DNA from: Amoeboaphelidium protococcarum X5
Lineage: Eukaryota; Fungi; Aphelidiomycota
Direction: 5' to 3'
DNA length: 64,000 bases
Assembly: GCA_023515725.1 (NCBI GenBank)
Contig: JALDTO010000266.1
Span: forward strand, 2,445,497-2,509,496
Made by a program: the position numbers and the translations under genes. Positions within the stretch are counted from its first letter, which is position 1. Each line of letters opens with the position of its first letter. Of the stretch, positions 29,596 to 40,472 are shown in pieces. A model generated the notes under the pieces. The model was not told the DNA's origin, searched no databases, and worked only from the letters and a program-made list of their open reading frames with translations.

Positions 29596-30069
29596 TATTA
29601 AAATTATTGTTATTTGATGATTCTACCAGCGATGAACAGCAAAAAGTTAATTTTTCAGAAAATGAATCAAATCGAAAGCTAAAGTTACACACGCGTCTCG
29701 TTCACAAAGTACCGTAAAGTAACGTTGATTTAAACGCGAAAAATTAAAATCTTGCTGGCGATTCCGGTCTCTTTATTTCAATAAACGCGAGAAGGATTAG
29801 CTAAATGTGAGCACTGATCATCTATGATGTATAACATGTACCACACTATGACTCGCGTTTTAATTCACAATATTATAGATATACAGTATTAGGACGTATA
29901 TAATTATGAGCGCACGAGATGATGAAGGCGCGATCTTCACAGCCATTTACTCGCCTTACATAGTCTTTGTATTTATCCGATTCGCTCTGCGATCAACTTT
30001 CGTTATCTCCACTCCTAAGCACAGAGTTTATATAAAAAAGAAAGAAACTAATTACAATGAGTAATCTAT

Positions 30070-31827
30070 TCAACTCAGAAGCAATTGTGTGATTTGCTTA
30101 ATGTTCATCTTCTTGAGGTCAGTGTAAGTTTATCCAGTGCCTATGAAGAGTATCGGTTTACCAGTCACGAACGTCATTGTGAGAGCAGCGCCAACTTTGT
30201 CATCCACAGTGTCAAACTTGGTCAAGAGAACTCCATCAATCTGACGAGGCGACGGATCTGTAGAGAAATCTTTAATAGCTTTGTTGAATCGCGTCAGTTG
30301 ATCAATCGCCTCATTTCCAACTAGAGCCTCACCGACAAATATCAACGTATCTGGACGATTCACAGATACCAGCTTGGCCAGGGAACGCATAAGCGGCTCA
30401 TTATCCTACATCCGGCCAGCTGTATCAATCAATACGACATCGAATCCATTGCTAGCTGCATATGATATTGCATCTTTCGCTATTTAGGCAGCATCTTTGC
30501 CATATCCCCTCTAAAATAGTTCGAGTTATGCGCCTGGTACAACCGATGTGAGATTTCTGACATGCGTATTCAACTGCTCCACAGCACCACTTCTAAAAGT
30601 ATCACACGCTGCAATTAGAATCTTAAACTTGTTCTGCAGTAACCAGAAGCACACCTTACTCAAGTTTGTAGATTTGCCCACTCCATTAACACCAATGAAA
30701 GCCAAAACGTATGGTCTCTATTATTTGAGGTTAGTTTACTTGATATCGAGCAGAATGTCAGTCGAATTCTTAGGAGTCAGCAACTATCGCACAGCATCTT
30801 GAACAGCCGATCTAACAGCAGACTTCAAAGTGGTAAATGCACCAATCTATGTTCCTACTAGAGCGTTCTCAACTGATTAACAAAGATGTTCAGCCACGTC
30901 TCTAGCAACATTCTTGGATATCAAGTGCTCCATCATTGCCTATAATGTAGGCTGTAATTAGACTTTATTTAACTTTTAATTCAACGAGAGCTGAGGTAGA
31001 AAATTGAACAATGAGGTCTTTGCAGAAGCATCTAAATCTTAATCGTCCTCTTCATTAGCGGACGCTTGATCCATTTCTAAAAGATCAACACCAGCTGCAG
31101 TCCGAGCCTTTTACATTCTACTCAGAACTTCTATGTCCACAATGTCAGATGCATCGACTTCCTTTAAAGTATCACCTGAACGTTAATCTGAAAAATCTAA
31201 TGCATTGATAACTTCGTCATTGACCGTATCATCCCATACTCTTTTCTATTTTCCCTTTGCCTTAGCCTTCTACTCATCTTAGTTAACATCGGATTTGGTC
31301 TTGTTCTTCTTCTCAAACTTTCTAGGCTTTTACTACTGCGATGATGATGAAGATAGAGCGCCGCCAACTACAGAACTTGCTCCACTGGCACTCGACTTGA
31401 ACTTGGAAGAGTCTTGGAATGACTTTGCTTTGCCTTTATCTTTCTCATCCAACTATTCTGCGGAACGTATTAAAAGTGGTAGAGACTTCTCAATAGTCCG
31501 CTTAACTCTCTCAAAATGACCATTGACCAGAGCTTCATCAACCAGTTTACTACTCTTCAAGTGTTTCCGCAATAATTGCACCAGTTTGGGAACATACGTG
31601 TTCATGATAGACTTATTCCAGCACATGACCAAGAATACATCCAATTACCTATCATGATATCCATATAGCTGGTATTAGTCCATAAGCGTGGTACCATCCT
31701 TCTAAGCAACTGCCTCAATAAACTACTCCACAATGAATTTAGCTACGTAGTCCTCTTTCAACTCCACATAATCCTTCCTATACAAAACTACTCCAGAACA
31801 CGACGTGATGCAAATGGCGTCCAACAT
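30070..31827 (-). CDS. SRP101: Signal recognition particle receptor alpha subunit
   Basis: [46 protein letters not shown] (the Q is TAA); N-terminal longin-like region. Confidence 0.95.
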
Positions 31828-32088
31828 ATTCAATACTTGAAAGATGATCGCCAAATGTTATAATATCGAGTGGATGGATAGTTGTAAACGATTTAAAAAG
31901 GAAGAAATTGAACGATCGAGCGACAATATCCAAAGCTCAACGCTTGTAGAAATTCAGTTGAGAAATAAACGCGCTGTTAAAATTACAGTAGTGGTACTCG
32001 ACCTCTTAAAATTCATCTATTTTTTTAAATTTAATCAATCATCTCATGCATCTAACTTGATGAAAGCAATCGCTTTTGTTAATTTTGA

Positions 32089-32712
32089 TCACTGCTCAAG
32101 AGAGGTTTAGATTATTTCCAAACTTTCAGCCTGATCATTGAGATAGTCTTAAAACGCGGCCAGTTGCTTTGCATTAGCGTAACGAAGAGCGAACCACTGC
32201 AAGTCGACTTGAGCCAAGTTATTTACCGCGTCGGTTAATTCCTATACAGCCTACTTAATTGCCTGCAAATTTTGAGTAATCATAGAGAGATACTGTTGAG
32301 AATCATGATACTCTATGATATTACAAGGACGTGTCCCAGCCTCAACTTCTTGATACGCAGTGACGAAAGCTTCCAAGACAGCTGATAGATCGATTTGCTT
32401 CGTCTCAATCACAGTGTAGCAATCAGTGCCGGCGCGTACCCCCACCTGTCGATCTAGACAACCGCCGAGCTAATTAAAATTCGACTGCATGAATCGAAGA
32501 TATAGCGATTACGCGTGAAGTAAACTAAAATTCTCCAAGGTCCAATAAGGACAATTCAATGCCTGTTAGTGACCCTGTGGAAAATGAGTGTCATGATGCA
32601 AATCACCGTCTTCTTGTTGAGGCGCCTACGTATCCTATTCGATAGTCGAGTCCCCCATCACGCACACCGACACAACCATGATTTGAGCCAAAATCAATAG
32701 TAAGAGCTACAT
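32089..32712 (-). CDS. Predicted secreted protein of unknown function, 207 aa
   Basis: N-terminus MQLLLLILAQIMVVSVCVMG is signal-peptide-like; continuous ORF to TGA. Confidence 0.65.
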
Positions 32713-33064
32713 TATATATTTTCAATAATTTTGTAAAAATTTGATCTATACGATGCGTGAAAAGATGATTGATAATCGATCTCACCACGACTTTTAAAAC
32801 ACATGTAGATCTCTTGAGAATTTTCACGCCCTGAGCTGATTGTAACATTCAGTTCATAAAAAGCGTGAATCAGGGACTTGATTTTCATGTGTCAATCGAC
32901 AAATTCGTGTATATTGTATATCAATACGAGAAGAGACATTTATTAGTGGCAACAAGATTGAGTACAGTGACAATAAAAGATCAGTCTGTTAAGCTTTTGA
33001 ATCGTGTTAGTTTTGTGAGTGTCGTTCTTCCCTCCTCTCTCATTCCGTCTAAAGCTCCGATACC

Positions 33065-33431
33065 ATGCCGCTGGAACTTTAGCAGTGTCCTGAGAAGATA
33101 ATCATACAATTCAAGTCTGCCGGTAATGCGCCTAATTTAAATCAAAATAAGGTGAAAATAAGCTCGTAGCAGACGTTCAAGATGGTGACTGACTTTTTAC
33201 AGAAGCAGTTTCTTAAAGATGACTCTGCTCACTCAGCTTCTAGACGCGTTTACACTTACATTAATTCTGCCTTTGTCCCTCTACCAGATGAAATCTTGGC
33301 CAATATCTTTCGTGTATTTTTTCTACATTATAAAGAATCATAATGCTTATTTTGATGTTTGATTAATGTAGTGTCATGCAATTGAAGACAAGTTGTTAAT
33401 CACATTCTCCTATGATCAGCTGTGGTCCTGA
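33065..33431 (+). CDS. ATG12: Ubiquitin-like autophagy protein Atg12; intron 33314-33371; ends ...DQLWS
   Basis: KIIIQFKSAGNAPNL, YTYINSAFVPLPDE, DKLLITFSYDQLW match the Atg12 pattern. Confidence 0.85.
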
Positions 33432-33518
33432 ATTTTATCGCTGTAATACGGAATTTGAATTGAATGGCTTTAACTATAGTGTAAATAAAGTTAATTTATT
33501 GCATTCGACATCGTATAT

Positions 33519-34799
33519 TCACTGAGTATACTTTGATGCACTGGATTTACTTTTAATAGGTCTCACTAGATTGATTTCCAAGTAGTGAGCATCTCTCCCG
33601 GATTTCACAAATTGATCCTCAAAGAGTTCAGAGCAGTTTGGTCTCTGCAGAGGATTCTTGGTGAGACATCTTTCGGTGAAGCGTTGATAGTTTTTGGACA
33701 TTATCTTTTCACTCTCTCCTTGTTCTTACATTGTCGGAACTTCGTAATGCAGCTTGCATAACAGTATTTTGAGAGCAGGCCATTGACTAAATGGAGTTTT
33801 GCCATGTGTCATTTCACACACTGTGATTCCTAGAGAGTAAATGTCTACTTTCTAGTTAAACGTTGTTGCCTACATTATATCATTAATTCAGTTATAGAAG
33901 AGAAATTGCATTATCACGTCTTGTAATTATTCCTACCTGACTAATCACTTCAGGAGCTTACCATTCCGGATCTCCCACAAATTTATACACGGATGGTTTT
34001 AAAGTGCCTTTAGACATTTTATCAATCAATTGATGCATCCCAGTAATCTTTATCTCTCCCGTCACATCAAGCCAGATATTGTCAGCGCGTATGTTACTAC
34101 AAAAAATTCATAGTACAAGTCGGAGTCGGATCAGTATGCATGACTATAGTACTTACTTGTGGATAAGATGTTTTTCATGGAGATAATTTAAGCCTTTAAT
34201 CACTTCCTTAATTATGGTGGCGACTATTTGTTCGCTTGGCAGACCATCAGGATGGTAGTCCATCATCAGCTGCTTGATAGATCCCATGCGGACAGGCTGA
34301 GTGATTGTCCACAGCTTCTCGCTCTAATCAACGAAACAAGTATAGTATTGCAAGATGCTGGGATGGCGACACAGTTTAGTGTTTCTCACAATGTTCTACC
34401 TTATTAAAGATTGGGATGATTTGAAATAATGTTCAAAGCATAAAGTGCTTACAATCATTTCCAGTATAAGCTCATAATCTGTAGATAGACTAAGATCGGT
34501 GACTTTGACAGTAACAATGTCTCGCTTGTTGACCAGGGACGGAACATCCATTGAAGCGGGCTTGAATCTAGCACAATATGCTTGAGATATATCATCCATA
34601 ATTCCAATAACATTCAATAGTTCGTAATCATCCGCAGATTGGCTATACTATACTTGAGGAGTTGTCTTTAAAGAGGATCCAAAAGCGCCAAATGATATCG
34701 CTGAAGACTACAGATATGGTATGGTGACATTGCTCAAATATTTTATTAGGAAAATCTTACAGCGCTTTTGCTTCTAGAATGTGGTCTACTTAAACTCAT
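33519..34799 (-). CDS. STE20-related (OSR1/STRAD-like) pseudokinase, four introns
   Basis: DDYELLNVIG, VTVK, HPSIL, IHNNIRADNI, KITGMH, APEVI, DIYSLGIT. GT-AG introns restore the frame. Confidence 0.8.
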
Positions 34800-35044
34800 T
34801 GATAAACTATGATCAGTACAAATATGGCTATAAACTTTACAATATTTCTCAAAAGCATGAAACAATTGGAAAGCGAAACGACAAGTCCGGCTTGCGAAGA
34901 TCGTTCTTTTAAAATGATTTCAGTAAGCTCCTTGACGTTACTTGCTGGCAATCTTCTTCCAATGGCGGAACCGTGGCAGCTATAGATAGGACAAATGCAA
35001 ATGTGGTATATATTGTATGCTTAACTTCGATTTCATCTAAATAT

Positions 35045-35116
35045 GGGACCTTGGTTTAGGGGTATAATTCTCCGTTTGGGTCGGAGAGGTCGTCGGTTCG
35101 ATTCCGGCAGGTCCCC
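35045..35116 (+). tRNA. tRNA-Pro(TGG), copy 1
   Basis: GGGACCT/AGGTCCC acceptor stem, CTCCG-TTTGGGT-CGGAG anticodon arm, GGTTCGATTCC T-arm, T5 Pol III terminator. Confidence 0.95.
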
Positions 35117-36689
35117 TTTTTGGGAGATTTAGCACCTATATCCCCTTTTTATTGTCACATGAAGTAGTAAATCTGCAACCTTAGATGTTGGCTTGTGGTC
35201 GGAACGCATTTTTTGCTCCATTACTGCTTTATTTTAGCGTGATAAGAAGGAGATGATTAGATAGTACTGAATCTCTTTTGAGGCTATTGCCCAAGTTTTC
35301 TTTAGTAGAATAGTTCTATGTAGAATGGATTGGCGAAATCTGCATTAAAGTGGTAGTGGTGAAATTCTTGTACATATACATGTTGCTTCAAATTAGTGCA
35401 CTATTTCAATTAGCAGTGGCAAAGTTTACGTAAGTAAAGACTTGCACTTTCGAGGATGTGTCCAACAAGCATTAAAAATGTTGTAAAGGATGTTCAGATA
35501 GGTATACCGCGAATATTCTGCAGAATAAGCTGTACCTATACGCGAAAGAGATGATAACTTCCTTTTAGCAGCAATTGCACTCGAAGAGAGAAGTTGATCG
35601 CATTGACACCGATGTCAAGCTGCGTGTAGCTCTGTAGAATAGTTCTATTTATATGATAGATATAAAAGTAAATTGAGTAGTGTAAGTGGAGTAGCGCTGT
35701 TGATAGTCGCCTTGAGTATTTTGGATAAATACTGTCAATGAGTTCAAAGATCGTGTGGAAGTATTGTAAACCTTTTGCCCACTATGCATGAGGATGATCG
35801 CGTTGATTAGAGTATTAATTGGTTGATGCGCTGTCGATTTGAATGGTTTGAAAACAGACAAAGTACCGTTGATCATTCATGAAATCTGGGATATCTTCAC
35901 TGCGGGCTCTGTTTGACGGATCCAATCGTTATGTAAATGCATTCATGTAAGAGAAGGTCTTATTTTGTGGGCTGATCATCAAGTGCCTGCCTGATTTGTG
36001 TCCTGTTAGAGCTCTAATTCTCTGGACAAACACTGTATGCTCGGCGCTGGAAGAACGCGTTATACGCGCAACTGCAATCAGCAGGATTGGAGTATGTCAT
36101 TATTGTCGAGCACCTGGATACTCTGTAACACATCCCTGATCGCCACAGTCTGCGTGATAGATATATGGATCTTGCTTGCTTAGAAGAAGTTTAATGACCT
36201 TGATTATGATGCGCTGGTGGATAAAAAGTCTTTAATGTTTGTAGTGAACTTGATACGTTTAGTATTGTTACGTCTCAGCGCCCAAAGCGACTAGCGACTC
36301 AATTTAGTTGTTTATAAAGAAACAAGTGGTGAGAAATTAGAAGCGATGGCACATCTGCTGCTGGATTGTTTTCTACTTCAAGACAATCCAACAACCATGC
36401 AATGGTGTAACAAGTCTGCTCTCTCCTCAATACTGTATTGCAACACGATGTTCTCTCCCGGCGCCACCAGTCTTAATACTGACCTTAAAGCTGCTTTTAC
36501 TGCGAATAGCTCCACTACTGCTTCTGCTGGTGATATTGTTGTTACGTCTAATTATCCATATACCCCTACTTCCATCATACACAATCCCAACATTAGGATC
36601 CAAAATTACTGCATGCTAAAGCTGTAGAAGATTATTTGCAATGGTACAAGCATATCAAGTCTCTGTCACTTAGTGGCGTTTGGGAATCC

Positions 36690-36990
36690 TATATCAACTT
36701 TGTCATTCAACACCGAGTTGGCAATGCTAGTCATTGAACCAACCATTTCTAATGATATCGCACGTACCATGTTAGATTGCGAATCTGCTACCTAGTACTG
36801 GTCCGAGTTAGAAGGCGAGTATGGTGGCAAGTCAACAGTCAAGAAGATAGAACACTTGCGCGCTATTGCCAAGTTCGAGTTCTCGGATGACATAAAATCT
36901 GGTTTCAAGTACGTCACAGAGCTGGAGAGAAACCTTATTGCGGCAACAGTGGCGACTCGAAGATCGATATCAAGGTTTTCGTAACCATCA
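36690..36990 (+). mobile_element. Decayed Ty1/Copia-like gag fragment
   Basis: AMLVIEPTISNDIARTMLDCESATQYWSELEGEYGGKS resembles the Copia gag A..W..L...Y pattern. Confidence 0.45.
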
Positions 36991-37039
36991 TTTTAAGGAT
37001 TGGATATGCCCCGCCAGCTAGCGTGATAATGATGAGAAA

Positions 37040-38120
37040 GCACTACGTAGGCTAAAACAAGGCACTTTCTCTGTCTCCGCCTATGCGGCTGAATTTAGAT
37101 TTCTCTCTTCTGGAATAAGATGGAATGATACCTTTTTAAAGTCTGTATTCAGAGAGAGTTTGAACAATGATGTCATACTGCTTATGTTATCTACGGATGA
37201 GCCGGAGTCTTTGTATGAGTTGGTGAAGTTAGCCATCAGTTGTGGTGAACACGATGCTGATATGAAGGCCTTAGCTGTGGTAATCGTCTATTCAGAAAGT
37301 AGCACTCATCCGTTGGATCTTATACGGCTTCTGCTCATTCTAACTCTTCTACTTCTGCTTCTAATCCTTCTTCTAGTGCTTCTCATCCAGACAACATGGA
37401 AATTGATTAAGTAAAGCGTGGTACTCTGTCTGCAGAAGAACGCCAGCGTAGACTGACTGAGAGATTATGTTTATATTGCGGTGGTGCTGGAAATATTAAA
37501 GATGACTGCTCTGTATTGAAGAATCGTACTCAAGGGTGACTCTGGAATGAATATATCTTTAGTCTAACTTCATGGCGTAGTAAAAGAGGAAGAGCTTAGC
37601 AGGACAATGAACTACCACCTTAATGTATCTAGGGTGGACAGTCCAGTGCCAATAGTTATATAGCGATTAATCCCGTAAAAAGGACTAAGTTGATCAAACT
37701 CTCCATCAAAGGTGCTGAAGCAGTACTGAGTGCCCGTCAGGGAGTAATAAAACTGAAGAAGCCTGGCTGTAACTGGAGCAAAAAATGATCAAGTGGGACG
37801 CGTGAAGAGCTGTCCAGGTGCGATGGAAATATTGGAATTGCTGACTAATCAAACAGCAATTATTATGCTGTTGCCCCCTAGGGAAGTGGTCAGTATTTTA
37901 TCATATAGATGGGACCATGAGATTATCAGCCGTGTGATTCGGCTCTTTGTTTAAAATAAATTATTATTTATTAGTCTAACTTCAGCTACTTCATCAAAGA
38001 TGATTCTTCCCACTTTCTTAAAGTATGGCCACCAGAGTATTCAACTTCTTTTCCTCTTAGATTCTGGTGCTGACAGCTGCTTCATTAATGAAAGAGGCGC
38101 GCATATATACTGTAGATACT
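37040..38120 (+). mobile_element. Decayed Ty3/Gypsy gag-protease remnant, interrupted by an insertion
   Basis: QGTFSVSAYAAEFRFL...WND, MEID...LSAEERQRRLTERLCLYCGGAGNIKDDC (CCHC knuckle with H->N), protease LLDSGADSCFI at ~38054-38090; frameshifted. Confidence 0.8.
37573..37970 (+). mobile_element. 5'-truncated non-LTR retroposed insertion
   Basis: 14-bp direct repeat TTAGTCTAACTTCA at 37559-37572 and 37971-37984; 3' AATAAA and (TTA)n tail. Confidence 0.65.
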
Positions 38121-38234
38121 TGCCTATTCGAGATCTAAATGATGAGAGAGGCGCACACTTGAAACAAAGTTGATGCCCCTCAGAGTCATCGATAAATACT
38201 TGATGGACGAGTGTGCCCACATTCCATCTAAAAA

Positions 38235-38306
38235 GGGACCTTGGTTTAGGGGTATAATTCTCCGTTTGGGTCGGAGAGGTCGTCGGTTCGATTCCGGCAG
38301 GTCCCC
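38235..38306 (+). tRNA. tRNA-Pro(TGG), copy 2, identical to copy 1
   Basis: Same 72-nt sequence followed by a T-tract. Confidence 0.95.
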
Positions 38307-38517
38307 TTTTTGGCAAGTTCCAATTTCTTTTTTGGACCTTAGATGCTGAAACAAGATTAGAGATACTTTAAGAGACTAAATCATTCATATGAAGTATGGT
38401 TCTGCGAATTTGAAAGTAAACTCATAGTGCTATTCACTTTGTAGTAGCAGATCTCTAATCGTCCCGTTGTCTTCTCAGCGTTCATTCCAGATTTCAAAGA
38501 TCTAAACTCGTGCAAGT

Positions 38518-39200
38518 ATGACGACCACTAAGGATATTATTAAATCTGCAAAGAAATCTTTGAGGAAACTCTACTCAGATAAGTTGCAATAGATTTCATA
38601 GTCAAGTATATAGAGACAAAGTAAGTTTACTTCAGTAAAGCGTCTTTGATCATTGTCTTTTATATTGTTGTAGGCAACGCGGTCTGTCAACACCTTATAA
38701 CCCTGAAATCTTATTAGAATGCTAGAAATGTCAGTGTGTATCTTTCAATGCCAGGGGAAATCGATACCAATCTTATTATTCGACACTTGTTCAATGATGG
38801 AAAGAGTGTGTTTGTTCCCTCTTGGAATAAAGATGAAATGATCATGGTCAGAATGCAGTCGTATGATGAAATCCTGACTTTGCCACGCAACAAGTGGAAC
38901 ATCCCAGAGCCAAAGATTTCTGATAAAAGTGTCATTGCTTACAAGCCGTCGGAAGTTCTTGATTTGATTCTCATGCCAGGTGTGTGTTTCGATCGCACTA
39001 GAATGAGACTTGGACATGGAAAGGGGTACTATGACAAGTTTATTGCCATTGCGTCAAAGTACGCGTTAGATAATGGCGTCTCAAGGCCATAGTTAATAGC
39101 TTTATCGTTGAATGAATAGATCAGCGATGACAATGTACCTACCGATGCTCATGATTAGCAAGTTGATATGGTCATTTCTGAGTAGGAAATAATATAATGA
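38518..39200 (+). CDS. FAU1: 5-formyltetrahydrofolate cyclo-ligase; intron 38621-38673
   Basis: YLSMPGEIDT, WNIPEP, DLILMPGVCFD, RLGHGKGYYD, HD. Confidence 0.93.
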
Positions 39201-39282
39201 TTTTTGTCGTTAGTTCAAGAAGTTTTGTTAACACTTTCTTCTTTGGGCGATAGTAGTATGAAAACTTCTAAATTGGTTTAAA

Positions 39283-40229
39283 ATGGTAAACTAGCTAATA
39301 TTAAACAACTCTCAATTGCCACACTAAATTCTGTAGGGAAACGATTAAAGTTCTATATTACCAGAGAATGAAATCACAGAGACCAACAAGTCACTTCCAT
39401 CAACACCTGCAGCTCTGAGGCGGTTGAATCAAGTAAGTTCTTGCCAGCATCAGAGAGAATATCAATTCATATTGTCCGATTGTAAAGGGAATTATTACTG
39501 TCAATCGAAGGTCTGAAGAGAGCGGGATTAATCAAGATTCTGATATTAAGGAACTATAGTCTTTGCCCAAGGTAATATACGTTTTTAATGTTGTATACTT
39601 GATCAATGAACTACTGTACAATGGTGTAGTTTGCTCCGATTATACCTCAAGCTCTTGCATAAAATTAAAACGCGTTTCCGTCTCAAGTTGTAACTTCTAA
39701 GCGTAAGTGTCACATATATATTTTTTTAATTAGTGTGTGTCAACTTTTGAATGATGTAGCAATGGGAAAAGATTAGTTACTCCGAATGCATAGCATATTG
39801 AGAGCACATACTGATGCTGTCAATTAACGCGTCACGTAGTCTTAAATTATACTTATGCGAAATATTATGGATTGCGAGAAGGTGTCTATGGATACGTAGA
39901 GATACTTGGATGATGTCCATAAACTGTTAGACTCTGCGAACTCGGACCTCTACGTCACTATTAGCCTCTAGCGATAAGTGGTGAGTTGCAATCAGTTGGT
40001 AAAATCAATATTTGATCAACTATCATCTCTGTCCCACACTAGTACTAATGTCAAGTAAATGCTGGACGACAATGAAAAGTTTCCGATTCTTTCATCACTG
40101 TACAGGCATAGAGTATCAAAAGGCGCCTATTAGTAAACTGGTGATGTTAGTTCCATTTAAAGAAGATAGGACACGAGCAAGAGTTCAAGCAGTGTGGCTT
40201 TATCTGAAACAAGCATAACGCGTTCCTGA
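39283..40229 (+). CDS. BORCS5 (myrlysin)-like BORC subunit; four introns, first coding exon is ATG only
   Basis: Spliced MGNDQSS myristoylation start, GIITV, DSDIKELQSLPKFAPII, then coiled coil. Introns at 39286-39336, 39433-39487, 39572-39629 and ~39703-39759. Confidence 0.68.
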
Positions 40230-40472
40230 TCTTGAATTAATCATTAGCATTAAGTCATATTTTAATAACAGTTTCTCTTTCTTACTCTTCTTGTCACTGC
40301 GGGCTGTTTCACTGTTTTGTATTGTGCTTGAAACAAAAGATTGCATTTTAGTCCATAAGCTGCAGACGCGATGATCGCAACTTTCTCTCTTATTTCTACG
40401 TCTCACAACCGTTTCTTTGGTATATCTACAAATCAGTGTTGAAGTCATTATTATTTCACTTTAAATTGCATA

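Noticed and set aside
32563-32604. Apparent intron (GTGATT...CTAACAG) in the secreted protein gene
   Set aside because: The frame is open straight through with TAR=Gln, so no intron is required.
35150-36330. Possible gene or recombinase between the two tRNAs
   Set aside because: All frames I read are interrupted by TGA, and I recognised no integrase or recombinase motif.
38041-38354. ORF-track proteins overlapping tRNA copy 2
   Set aside because: They are antisense translations of the tRNA and the protease relic.
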